Source: Octopus sinensis (lineage: Eukaryota). From it: a stretch of 64,000 nucleotides of DNA. Both the position numbers and the translations under genes were made by a program. Each line of letters begins with the position of its first letter. Position 1 is the first letter of the stretch. Under the pieces are notes generated by a model. The model did not search any database, was not told where the DNA came from, and saw nothing but the letters and a program-made list of their open reading frames with translations. This document shows, piece by piece, positions 39,331 through 52,706 of this stretch. The stretch covers positions 145,266,001-145,330,000 of the forward strand of contig NC_042999.1 in assembly GCF_006345805.1 (NCBI RefSeq). Reading direction: 5' to 3'.

Positions 39331-39986
39331 AAATTAGAAGCCATAATTACTGATCAACCAGTTAACAAGTCAACCACTTGATCAATCGTTCTACTAATCA
39401 ATCAATCAATTAATTGTGGTTTGTCAGAGTTCTTTCGTCAGTGGCACGCCTTCAATGCTCCTTGACTGTTACGTTGCTTTTTTTATTGTCAGAATGGCTA
39501 TCATCTTTCAAAAGAGGTTCGTGGATTCGAATTTGATCAGTTGTATCCAGACGTAGCAAAATAGCGCAAAACATTTAATTTGAAACTCTGCCGCTTCTGC
39601 CATATACTGCTCAATACGCATGTTGCTAAACTAATGATATTTCAATATTGAGGTGATGATACATTGAGTAGGTGGCTAATGAAATCTCACTGTTTACTTC
39701 TTCATTTTCATTGATGAAAATGTAAATCATAGGTTACAGTTTCCAACGGCAAGTTAATCACTTCTATTTCTAACGATAAGAGTAAAATAGAGATAGTAGA
39801 GAGGGAGAAAGAGAGAGAGAGAGAGAGAGAGGGAGAGAGGGGGGGGGAGACAAAGTGAGGGAGAGAAAGAGAGGGAGAGAAAGAGAGGGAGAGAGAGTAT
39901 CGGTAACTCGGTGTTGAACAAATAATTAATGGGATTTCGTTCAAGATGCAGATTTTATATCCTTATCCCATGTACAACGGAAAAAG

Positions 39987-40040
<54 letters not shown>

Positions 40041-40127
40041 TGCTCCCGACAGGCATGCGTACATCTTCTAACATACAGAGTCCGCCAAAATATGTCACTT
40101 CAGGAAAGGAAAAAAATCTGTATTCTT

Positions 40128-40329
40128 TTATTCTTTTATTGGTTTCAGTCATTTGACTGCGACCATACTAGAGCACCGCCTTTAGTCGAACAAATCGCCC
40201 CCACGACTTATTCTTTGTAAGCCTAATACTTATTCTATCCGTCTCATTTGCCGAGCCACTAAGTTACGGGGACGTAAGCATACCAACATCAGTTGTCAAG
40301 TGGTGGTGGGGGACAAATACAAACACACA

Positions 40330-40399
<70 letters not shown>

Positions 40400-42272
40400 A
40401 CGGGCTTCTCTCAGTATCCACTCACAAGGCTTTGGTCGGCTCGAGGCTATAGTAGAAGACACTTGCCCTAGGTGACACGCAATGAGACTGAACCCGGAAC
40501 CATGTGATTGGGAAGCAAGCTTCTTTATTTCATGGAAATTGGCCATAAAGGCCTTACATAGAGCGGACAGCACAAGGTGGGGACAAATAAAATAAAACGA
40601 ATGAAATGAAATTACACAATGAAAGATGAAATGAAGTCACTTGGCCCCACCTCCGGGCAACTTCATTGAACCCTTTGCAATACCATTTGATATTCCATTT
40701 GTAACCAACTTTTAAACTACAATTATTTACATTTTACAAGTAATCCTCATCTTTTTTTAAAATGTCTATATTGCACTTTTTTAAAATGTCCACATACCTT
40801 ATACTTTCCGGCATTATACTGGAGCTTACTTTTTTGTACCACCACTCGCAGTCATGTTTTTCTATATACTCATATACCTTCCACAGGTTATCCAGGTCCG
40901 TCAGCACGCAATATTCGTTCTTGGGCAAACCCCTTACACCTGCTATATCCACCTTGGATGATCTTTCCCACGAATTTACCTCGTTTACCAATTCCTTATT
41001 CTGTCAATTATACGCAAAACATATTTTTCCTTACAGGGCGGGGAGGTTCCTGTGTGCTTGTAATTATTTTTTGTCAGACAGGGCATGGGGAGGGTTGGTG
41101 TCTGCAGGGAGCGGTTGGGGAAGAGTGGGTGTAGGTGAGGGCCGGGTGGGTGTGGGTTGAGGGTAATGTTTTTTATGTGTGACTTTTTCCTCCTCTTCCT
41201 GCCCTTTTTCTCCACCATTTCCCAACTGGTATTTGATTCTTCCTCCTTCTCGACACTAGTGCCCGTCTTCTTCAGTGGTTCCCCCTCACTAACACTTACC
41301 ATTCTTTTACTCTCCTCAGCCTTTTTCAGTGGAGGAGGGCATTCTGCTCTAATGTGCCCCTTCAGGTCACATTTATAGCATCATGGAATTCTGCCTTCCA
41401 CTCTAACTTTCAAAGTCGTTTCACCCACTAAGATGCTTTCTACCATCTCTTCTAGGTCCTCCTCCGAGATCTATACCATCATTTCTAGGGTTTTACCTCT
41501 CCAATTCCTTTGGGGCGTTCTGGTGGCCTGCAGGACAACCACCTTCGCCTCCATGCTCAGCAGCACGGCAGCCACCGGCCAGGCTACATTTACTTCCGGT
41601 GGTATGTCCTCCACCCGAACCCTGGTAGTCTGTCTCCCAAAGTACGCGGGTAGCAGTACTACATCATCCGTTTTCAACGGTGTGGCCGAGTACAGTTTAG
41701 CAGTTGCCATCTCTCTAAACCGCACCCCCACCGTTCCATATTTCCGTCCTCTGGCAAGGTAAGATATCTTCTGCCAGACTGGCCTTAACGCCTCCGACAC
41801 CACTTCTGTCTTCCTTGTTGTCACCGAATACGTTCTGCAGAACATTGTTCTCTCTACCTTATCTGTTAACACTTATTTGGTGGTGGGGACACTTTCATAT
41901 CGTTCCCTTCCCTTTCAAGCATTTCCTTGAACTTGCTTAGCTCCTCCAGACTTACGTCTTCAATCCTACCCTTTGCCGCTGCTGCATAATTCTTAGTGTC
42001 CATTTGCTTGTCAATTTTCTCCAAGCAATTCACCAATTCCTCCTCAGACAACTCAATTTCCGAAGAAGAATTATTCATCCTTTCAAAACTCTTCACACGA
42101 CGTCCCTCCATCACAAGAGGAAAAACATCGTATAGCCCCCCCCCCCCAAAAAAAAACAAAAAACAAAGAACAAGAAAAAACCCAAAAAAACTCGTCTATC
42201 CCGTACACAATCAACAAACCAAATGAATCCTGGGTAACCGGAAGCAAGCTTCTTCCCACACAGCCACGCCTG
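40128..42272 (-). mobile_element. tRNA-derived SINE split by an insertion (SINE parts 40128-40525 and 42240-42272)
   Basis: The head CAGGCGTGGCTGTGTGGGAAGAAGCTTGCTTCC resumes as AAGAAGCTTGCTTCCCAATCACATGGTTCCGGGTTC after 1.7 kb. Confidence 0.85.
40526..42239 (-). mobile_element. ORF1-only (HAL1-like) non-autonomous L1/Tx1-type retrotransposon with a 15-bp TSD
   Basis: TSD GGAAGCAAGCTTCTT at 40511-40525 and 42240-42254. The broken ORF contains RVRVEDIPPEV, the knuckle CYKCDLKGHIRAECP (~41340-41380) and KKGRKRRKK. There are no APE or RT motifs. Confidence 0.78.
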
Positions 42273-43949
42273 ATTAAATATTTACCTTGTATAAGTATCT
42301 TTATGAATATTGATACCTCTATCGATGCTTTATCAAATTCCGATAACACTGAATAAATTACAATAACACTGAATTAAAATATTTACTTCGAAGGCCAGAA
42401 TTTGTTATCTTAAGGAACTTTGGCTACTGTTTCTGACAGGTCAATCTTTTACGTAGAAGCTATTTTAGTTGTCGTTTAGCCCTGATTAAGTGACCTACGA
42501 TAAAAGAAATTCCAATTTTGACCACCTTACCTTTTTCATCTCAAGGACTTGAGTCTCTCCCTTTTTAAAACGATAGAATGTATGATTTGAGGGAGTTTGG
42601 GCTGCTAATACTAGCAATTCGAACAGTCACGCAGAGGATACCTCATTTATCTTTCGCTCTGTTAGTTCTCATTAAGCCCTAAGTTGGACATTTCCGACAG
42701 CGTCACACGAACTTATTTTACAAATTATATGAATGTATCATGTATTCATCTTTTTTTTCTCTCTCTCTTTTGCTCAATCCCTGTTCATATGTTCTTACAC
42801 ATAAGGCATGTTTAGCTCTTGTTCTCTCTTTCACTTCTATCCGTATCATTTGCTGACTTCTTACTTTATCGATAGGCTTTACAGTTGATGTTTACCACAT
42901 AATCACATAGGTTGTTCTGTTCTTAATAAGAAAGCACAAGTAACTTTATGAAAATATATTTAAGATATTTCTTGAAAAGAAATGTGAAGTGGTTGATACC
43001 CAAGGAGTTAACGGATACGTTCAACTGAAACGACTTAAGTCAGTTAAGAAAACAATCTTATATTTAAAACGAAAGAATGAATTCGTGCTGAAGGCAGAAT
43101 TTAAAAGCATTGGAAATTATATGTATACACCTGTTGTGTCAAAAGTTAGGTCTATGCTCTTTGCTTGAAGACTTTTTCACCTTCCACTTTACGAAATATT
43201 TGATATATAGCAGCAAACCGATAATATATATCCTCTTTTCTTGAATTTTACATTAAAATTATTGATTTTAAGACACGTACATGATAACATGTATCCACAT
43301 ACATAATATCTTGTATCCACGTAAATAACATGAAAACTGGATAGTCTGTAGAAGGTATTAGAATCAAACACTTAAGATCTGTAACCTTCAAGTAAAACTA
43401 TAATATATACACAACATATAAAGATGCATAGATATGGAGAAAGAAGAGAGTGATCAATACTAAGTTAGTTTTATGCATTTCATGTAAACACGTTCCAAAT
43501 GCTGTGTGCATACATCACTCAATTTCTTGCGAGAATTAATTCTCAGTTTCAATTCATATCTTTCAACTTTCAACACACAAGCATGCCCGGTATTTCGGCG
43601 TAATTTCGCCTGTTCAGTTGTTGATATCACTGCATCATTTGGAGCTAGGCCGGGACTTTTTCTCTTACATCTGTATAGTAAATTGTAAATAATATACGTA
43701 CATGAATATACATATGTAACTATATTAATATATATGTATGTCACTATTCAGCTTATCTTAAGATTACTTGCCAATAGAGAAAGAACCAATTTCTAACCTA
43801 GAACCAAGGCTCCTTCATTGGAATTTCATCATGTAGAACAGAGTATTTTTGTTTGTTTGTATGTATGTATGTATGTATGTATGTATGTATGTATGTATGT
43901 ATGTATGTATGTATGTATGTATGTATGCATGTATGTATGTGTAGATTTG

Positions 43950-45560
43950 TATGTTTTATGTTTGTATTCTCATGCATAAGTTTCCATATCTAGACATGCT
44001 CATATATATTCAAATGATAAACTTCAGGAAAGTTGTACAGATTTTTAGAGTTCCAGTGGTGGATTGGATCTGTAGTCTTCAGATTAGCTTCCTCCTTCCT
44101 GGTTTTGAGAAGCTTAATTTCTCCAGATTGGTGTTTAGGTAGTGTGTTACATATCCCAGGGCCCCAATAATTACAGGTATAAACCTGAACTCCTAATCTG
44201 GATAGAGTAACTGCAGATTTCTCAATAGTTCAGCATAGTTATTATCTTTTTCACTGGTTAACATCCGCTGGGCAGCTAATTTCCACAACTGTGCACAGTT
44301 TCTCTTCTCTATCTTAAATGATTATATCAGGTCTGTTGTGCTTACATTTTACTGAGGTCTTCACTGGTACATTCCACCAGTATTCCTTTTTATTATGAGT
44401 GGCTATGTTTTCTACCATATTTTGGGTTCTTATTTCTTTGTCTGTAGGATTATACTTCAGACGGATTTCATTATAGAGTGTACTTGCTACAACGTTAGGT
44501 TTCATCGGTAGATAATACCGTGATGACATTTTCGGACACCAGCTTGTGATGTAGGTGATATTTTCAGTGTGAACTCCACAAAGTCTGCATCGGTTGTCAC
44601 ACTTTAAGGCATTACCGGCATCTCTATCCCTTTTGTGCATCAGGTACTTGGTTGATATTTCCTGTTCCTGGATTGCAAACGCATACCCTTCAAAGTGGGA
44701 GGTAATAATCCGGCTATTGACCCATGATAAACTGCTTTAATGATCAATGTTACTATCATCACGGAGCTTTCTAGTAACATATCCCTGCATAGTCTTCTGC
44801 TCATATAGGCTCATCCTTTCATCTGATGATACGCTGCGGTAGAGTCGTGCGACTTCTTTGGGCATGTATTCTAGGTTATTAGACAAAGAGTGTTACTCAA
44901 GGAGCTGCTTCCAAGTCTTATAATGTTATCAGCCTCATGTTTGCAAACTTGGTCAAGGGATGCACTTCGACACTTGGTGGTTAAAAGATTTTGCCGAAGG
45001 GATATGATGCGACATTCAAACACATTTTTGATCAATGTTAAGCCATTTCCTCCTTGTTTTCGTTTCAGGTGGAGACGATCTACACCATTGTTTATGTGGA
45101 AATTATGTGCGGTTATTAGTAATTTTCAGGTTTTCACATCAATGGCTCGGATCTCATCTAGCATCCAAGCAAGCAGGCCAAATGTTGGTATGAGTACTGG
45201 CACTGCAAACACACCGTGGGCCACTGTTTTATTCGGCTGTAATATTCTTTAGTGACACTTGTTTTGTTACAGGTGCCACTGTAAGATATATATTCATCCA
45301 CCTCTAGATACCTATAACATTCCTCGTCAGATACAGGGGAAACAGTCAAAACATTAATGGAGATGCTACTAGTCTGGTTTATAGTTTCCACCTTTTCACA
45401 ACTATATAACAACATTTATCCTGACTAAACTCCAATCCTACATCCTTTGAGAATGTTGTAACTAGGTCAAGGCTCTTTTCCATCTCATGCGTATTCTTTG
45501 CATGAAGTTTTAAGTCATCATCCACAAAGAAACAGTTTGAAAATTTGGTATTCCTGTTTC
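43950..45560 (-). mobile_element. R4/Dong-type LINE relic (RT C-half, CCHC, PD-(D/E)xK endonuclease)
   Basis: Encodes FFVDDDLKL, CRLCGVHTENITYITSWCP and YWWNVPVKTSVKCKHNRPDIII. Confidence 0.82.
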
Positions 45561-45929
45561 CTGGTGAACCAGTGAGATATCCTTCAGACGTCCTTTACAG
45601 TTCTTACATCTGGATTTCTGCTTTTCATATTTGTATTTGTAAATATCTGTCTTCGAGTTTTTGTGTTAATGTAATGACCGGCATGTTTAATTTGACATGT
45701 ACCACAGCATTTGTCATCGCAAATAGAAATTTTGAAATTTATTCGATGATATTTAGATCAAAATTCGCCGTTGTCAGTAATTGTTATCAAGTTTTTCAGT
45801 TATCGTTTGCCTTTAGCAAGCTGATAACTAAATTCATGAATTTCATCCCATTGTTTAATAATAAGTACATTTTATTTGATAACGTTAAAAGCATAATTAT
45901 AATAATAACTACAAAAGGCACTACCGGTC

Positions 45930-47440
45930 TTGTATTCTTTTTTATTGGGTCTTCATTTTTCATGATCTATACCATTTTATATATGTAAAGGGGAACTTCC
46001 CTTTTCAATGAAAATTTTTTGAGTTCTACGAGTATTTCTTTGATATTTGCATCATTAATAACTGTACAAATTTTCCTGGTTAGACAGTACAGGATGTTAC
46101 ATTTTACACGTGCTGTTTGGTCTGATTTAAAGCTTAGGTATTGATGTGTGTCTGTATTTTTATATGTATACACGTTGATCTTGGTGTTATTTTTAATAAC
46201 AATTATGCTTAGAAATGGTAATTTTGTAGCGCTTACCTCCTTTGAAAATTTCAAGGTTTTCAAAGTAATAATTTTCAAGGGTGCTGAATCTTTTAAAGTA
46301 GTTACCGGTTTGGTTCAAATTAGAAAACAGTCATCAAGAAATCATTTCTATGAACCCTTTACATATCTTCTAAGATCGCTACCTTAATTTTCCTTTACTT
46401 TTTGAAACTGTTTTTATCCCAAGTATTCCATTACTAAGTTATCATACCCTGGAGTAAATTTGCTTCCCATAGTAGTTCCTCAAATCTTAGATAATATTTT
46501 CCTTATATGAAAATAAACAAGTCAACATACAAACGGATAGGTTCATAGGTTAAAAGAACAGACAAGCACACATTCGGAAATGGAGACTGAAACACATGAC
46601 CATATATACGCACACACTTTACTCCACACAAGGACACATATGGCGACACGGGTCCACACATATAGAGATGCACATCCATACATACAAACATGGTACATAA
46701 TTGCAAACCACACACACAGACATGCACACACAAGGAGACCGAGGTGCAAGGAGACCACATATACAAACACACGTTCACACACACATACATAGAAAATACA
46801 CAAACACGGACATGCAAGCATATGAATATGCAGAATATATACATGAAGATGCACACACATGCATACATATATACATATGCATACACACACATATATACAT
46901 ACACACATATGCAGACATACATACACACATACATACGTACATGCATGCATGCATAGGCACACACACACACTGACCCACACACATGCGCACAAACAAACAA
47001 AAAGGAACGCAGTGTAAATAACGGACAGAGTCAAGACTATTGAAAAGGTTGCAAGACGCAAGGAAAATTTTAGGAAAATAAGAAATAAGTGGAAATTTTA
47101 CCGGTGTGTGTGTTAAATTATAAGGCACAAAAAGAAAATGACTCCCCCCAGACACAACAAGAACATATTGTTTTCAAGATTAAAACTGACAACGCTCATT
47201 ATAAAATCCAGCGTAAATCTACTGAGAATCGCTCGCTATGTTTTTCGGCAGTTATTTTAAAATTATGTGAAATATTCGAGTAGAGATCTGCTACATAAAA
47301 ACTACCCGGCAACGAATTTAATTTTATTACTTTTTTAATACTTTTAGATAGATGAATCAGGGAATTAATGTCCTCTTGGAAGACGATCGGTATGGATGTG
47401 TACACTGGTTTCAAAATAATGATGAACCTCAAACTTTGTT
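45930..47440 (-). pseudogene. Decayed PLE RT of a different family, split by a microsatellite block (~46500-47000)
   Basis: Fragments FYVADLYSNISH (motif A), GTTMGSKFTPGYDNL (motif B') and LPFLSI..YTYKNTDTHQYLSFKS (thumb). Confidence 0.7.
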
Positions 47441-47739
47441 AAAACTACTAAGATTTACGCCTGCAAACAGTCAGCCATCAAGATGTGGAGGAGGCTTTTA
47501 AAGGATTCTCTCAATTAAAATAGTGAGGATGAGTGTAAATTATATATCTACCAAAAAAAAAAAAAAAGAAAAAGGCCCAAAACAGGAAAAATCTGAATGG
47601 CTCCAAATGGAACTTTCAACGTAGATTTGCTCAATAAGGGCTGGTCTGGGCTTAGACATGATCATCGTCAATAAGAATTAGGTATTTTGAAGAATCACAT
47701 GAAGATACCAAAGATATAACTTTATAGTATTACGGAGAT

Positions 47740-47976
47740 GTACTTGCATAGCAAGTGATTTGATCTGAGATCGTGTGCTGAAACGAAAACAATTGCAGCG
47801 TGGAAGGTGCTTGTAAGCCATTTAAGAAACAGACAAAAAGCCGTTCGATTCACTTCAACATTTAAGTTTAATTTGTCAAAATATTTTCGTCGCTTTAAGA
47901 CCGTGACCTGTTCGAAGTGAATCGAAAGGCTTTTGTGTGTTTCTTAAATGGCTTACAAACACCTTCCACGCTGCAA
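47740..47976. repeat. Foldback repeat (arms 47793-47856 and 47914-47976); a more diverged copy lies at ~52040-52285
   Basis: TTGCAGCGTGGAAGGTGCTTGTAAGCCATTTAAGAAAC is matched by GTTTCTTAAATGGCTTACAAACACCTTCCACGCTGCAA. Confidence 0.8.
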
Positions 47977-48489
47977 CTTTATGGTAATAACAATAGGAAA
48001 GGAAAGATAAATTACATAACAGAAGTCAGTGATGTCTTGAATGAAAATACTATTGTTTTTTAAAGGGAAGATTTCTCGTATAATCTGTGAGTGATTGTGC
48101 AAGATAAGTTTAACGTTTGATTGTCACACAGATGCAACTTAAGTGTGTCAGAGCCCATGGGAATACTAATGGAAACGATTTTGGGACGCAGATGTGAAAT
48201 CACGTTCCAATGATGCTTGTATTTTCTAGTAACTGACCTCTACACTGAGATGCTGAACCGAAGAAAATAAATTAGCAAGACACGCGTTAATAGTAGTGCG
48301 GTCAGCTGTTAAACTATTACAGTTAGAATTGAATATGTTAAATATTTGGTCGACTACGTGAAAAGGCACTGTTGGAGATAGGACAGAAACCTCAACCGCT
48401 GTGATCCGTCATGATACTCTATTAACTATTAGCACTTTGAATAATAATAATCATAACAACAACAGCAACTACAATAATAATAATAATAA

Positions 48490-50065
48490 TAAAGCAACTT
48501 TTGTAAGAGACAAGCTCAAACAAACAGCTTTCGTTAAATTAGATACCGACACTACCATCAAGGAACCTGACCTACAACAAAGCTATAAATACCTAAGGAC
48601 ATACAAAGGAGGTAATATACAACATTCTACCAAGAAGTGAGAAATAAGAAAGGAATATTACAGGAGTGTAAGATTCATACTAAAAACTGAACTCAACTCC
48701 AAAAATCGCATCGAAGCTATTAACACCCTGGCACTTCCAGTAGTTCAATACAATTTTAACATCATTAACTGGAATCTTACAGAGCTCCAACGCCAGGACA
48801 GGAAGACAAGAAATTTACAAACATCTAAGAACATGCACCACCCAAAAGCAGATGTTGATCGTCTGTACTTACCTAGATGTAATGGGGGAAGAGGAATGAT
48901 GCTGGTAGAATTGTGCTATTGGACGTTCTCATTGGCAGTAAACAAGTACTTATCTAGTACAAAGTAGTGGATGCTGTGGCTTGTGTGCAAAAATTCAAAT
49001 TCAATTGCCAATGAAGCCTTGCAAATTCGCAGGAGAACTCGGCATCAGCCCTGAGATAGATGAACCTGAAATCACAGCCACCAAACAAGTAAACCGGATC
49101 AAACATACTGCAAAAAAGAGCGGACAGAAACAAATTGAGGAGCGGTGGAGCCAGAAGCCACTGCACGGACAGTATACACTTCACGATTGTAATGCTGATG
49201 TAGTCCAAGTAACAACCCACCAGTTGCTGAGGAGCTCAGGACTCAAAGCAGAGACTGAAGGTTTAATATTAGCGACATAAGATCAAAATTTGCTTATCAA
49301 AATCTACCAGGCCAATGTTCTTCGAAACGGTTCTGATACTAAATGCAGATTCTGCGATAAATTTGATGAAACAATAGACCATCTCGTCTCGGGATGTCCT
49401 GTGCTGATACCAAGCGAATACAAAAATCGTTACGATAGGGTAGGACAGTATTTACATCGGAAAATATGAAAACACTATAAAATCAGCACTCCAGCTTACT
49501 GGTATGAACATCATCCTGAGTCAGTCGTTAAAGATAAAAATGTCACTTATCCTCTGGGATTTTCCAGTCAACACCGACAGCACGATCCAGTCTAATCGGC
49601 CAGACATTGTCATTAAAGACAAGGAAGAAAATATATGTAAACTAATAGATGTAAGTATTCCCACTGATAAAAATAAATCTGTAAAGGAATTTGACAAATT
49701 AACTAAATATAAGGACCAGGAAATTGAAATACAAAAAATGTGGCATCTTAAAGGCGGGAACTGTTCCTGTTATTGTGGGTGCTCTATGTATGATAAGAAA
49801 TGGATGTCAGAAATATCTAGATAATATCTCAGGAGGACTATGTCTCAGAGAAATCCAAAAGATTGTGCTGACAAGTACTGCCCGCATCCTTAGAAAAACC
49901 CTGTCAATTTAGATGTATGTGTTGTATGTATTATATGAAAATATTTCGCTACTTTCCCTCCCTAGCTTTCAGTCATACTGTAACATCTCTTATTCTTCAC
50001 TCGCTCGAGGACGCTGGATGTGTCTCGGTAAGTAATTGTAACAAATATGCAGATTAAAAGTAAAT
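48490..50065 (+). mobile_element. 5'-truncated R4/Dong-type LINE in (AAT)n-rich microsatellite
   Basis: Encodes SYKYL, MHHPKADVDRLYLPRCNGGRG, CRFCDKFDETIDHLVSGC and NRPDIVIKDKEENICKLIDVSIP. (AAT)n/(GAT)n lie at both ends. Confidence 0.85.
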
Positions 50066-50066
50066 A

Positions 50067-50330
<264 letters not shown>

Positions 50331-50832
50331 CTCGGGAAGAAATGGAAACAAAATTGAAAATAACGATGATAATAAAAGATCCCTTATTATTCCTGTGACA
50401 GTTGTCTATTTCATCGATCATTGCTAATGCTTAACCTCAGGTCAGCCTTCATCAAGTAGTTGTATGAAAAAGTGGTTCCAGCCATGACGATGCTATCAGT
50501 TGTCAGAGTTGTTCATTCTTTTCTTAAGACGGTAAGGTATGACATGAGTGATATTTAGCTGCTATTTTTCGCAGCCGAAGTGAGCACGTGGGTATTCCCT
50601 TTCTACGTCTATCCTGGTGTATTAATGTAAGTTCTGGGTCTTTGATATCTGTATTCAAGTCTATGTTCAGAGGATAAACGTATGTTTAGACAATCAGCAA
50701 ATAATTTCAACATCTAACACCGCCGCCGCCACCGCCGAAACCACCACCACCACCACCACCACCACCACCACCACTGTCAACACTACCATTGTTACCTTCG
50801 TCTTAATCACCACCTTACTAATATCGTTGTGA

Positions 50833-51168
50833 AGGCGCATGGCTCAGTGGTTAGAGCGTCGAGCTTATGATCGTGAGGTTGTCAGCTCGAATCCCGGACC
50901 GAGCTGCGTGTTGTGTTCTTGAGCAAGACACTTTACTTCACGTTGCTCCAGTTAACTCAGCTGTTGAAATGAGTTGCGACGTCACAAGTGCCAAGCTGTA
51001 TCGGCCCCTTTGCCTTTCCCTTGGATAACACTGGTGGCGTGGAGAGGGGAGGCCGGTATGCATGGGCGACTGCTGGTCTTCCATAAACCACCTTGCCCAG
51101 ACTTGTGACTAGGAGGGTAACTTTCTAGGTGCAATCCCATGGTCAGTGTCGTGACCGAAGGGGGTCCC
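50833..51168 (+). mobile_element. tRNA-derived SINE, third family, full length
   Basis: A box TGGCTCAGTGG and B box GCTCGAATCC, followed by a GC-rich body. Confidence 0.8.
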
Positions 51169-51773
51169 GAAACTAATATCGTGGTGTTGTGCATCAACGT
51201 ATTTAACACCTTCCAAGAACGGCAACCACCACCACCACCACCACCACCACCACCACCACCACCCACCACCACCACCAACACCACCACCACCACCACCACC
51301 ACCACCACCACCACCATTGTCGCTATACCACCATCATTGTAGCCATCATCCTTTTCATCACCGTTAGTACGATTTTCTGACTTCTCATCATAACACCAAT
51401 ACCACATAACTATCATTATCAGCGCCCTCGTAATCTCTTTTAGCACAACCTTCCTCCGCGTCTTTCTCTTGCTACTTATCATTTTCGTCCTTCTACATTC
51501 AATATTGCTAATTAAATAAATTCTCTCAATACTGGAAAGTTTCCGTTACACAAGACCGCAAGTTTTTAATTACACTACTCAGAATTTAATTAGGTCTTAG
51601 TTTCTTTTTAATGAATGCAAGGGATCTTTTTAGCAACGATTTTTCAACTTCCCACACATACACTCACATCGTGCAGGTGTTGCGTTTCTTATAAATGTCC
51701 TTATTTATTTTAACGGTATATCAGTTTACTTGTATTTAATAAATTAGAGTATAGTGTCTGCACACACACACAC

Positions 51774-51820
<47 letters not shown>

Positions 51821-52287
51821 AATATAGACAAACGATCAAGAAATTCAATTCGCAATGTTGAGATGTCGTACGGTTCCGCTAATTCTTCCTAAGAATTACG
51901 TCCAAGATAAAGATGGTTGAGGGTAACTCAATCACATAAATATAAATTTAATAATTAAACCATTTCATCGGCCGAGAAACTGGAACCCTCGAAATTATCG
52001 GAGATCTGTTTTATGTATTTAATACTTGCCTTAATTTAATGCTTACGATGTACTTGCCTGATTTGATCTGAGACCGCATGTCGAGACTAAAACAATTGCA
52101 GTGTGGAAGTCACATATTAACCATACTATAACACACAAAGACTCACAACTTCATTCAAAAATTTATTATTTTATGTCAAAATTTCAGTACAGCGAAAATT
52201 TTGACACCAAATAATAAATGATAAAATAAAGTTGTTAGTCTTTGTGCGTTTTTGAACGGTTAGTATGCCTTCTACACTGCAACCATG

Positions 52288-52706
52288 GGATCTTTTCGGT
52301 TTGAATGGCAGTTTTTTCTAGCGGTGTCATATGAAATTGTCACTCATAATTATGACCCTGGTATCGATCTATTGCATTTCAATATGTTTTAGGGTTAGGG
52401 TTAGGGGTGGGGGGAAGGGTATCTTTTTTTCTTCACAAATGTAAATAAACCCAATCTGTTTCTTAAACGAGGGACATATTCATACGGCACAGAATGTTTT
52501 TTTTTACCTCAATGGATTCAGTGATTGGTTGAAATTGCAGAAATTGAAGAAAAAAAACAACATATATCTTACAAACTATAGAATTTTCTCAATAAAGCCA
52601 AGAGAAAAAGATGTTTTATAAACACATTCTACCAGTATACGAAGTTTAAAATTTTTTAGTTACCTAGAAATTATGTTAAAAACTGCCGTTCAAACCGAAA
52701 AGATCC
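52288..52706. mobile_element. 419-bp MITE with ~29-bp TIRs and an 8-bp TSD (Merlin-like), containing (TTAGGG)3
   Basis: TIRs GGATCTTTTCGGTTTGAATGGCAGTTTTT and AAAAACTGCCGTTCAAACCGAAAAGATCC. CAACCATG lies at 52280-52287 and 52707-52714. Confidence 0.8.

Noticed and set aside
50833-50910. tRNA gene
   Set aside because: It has A and B boxes but continues into a SINE body with no proper acceptor stem or terminator.
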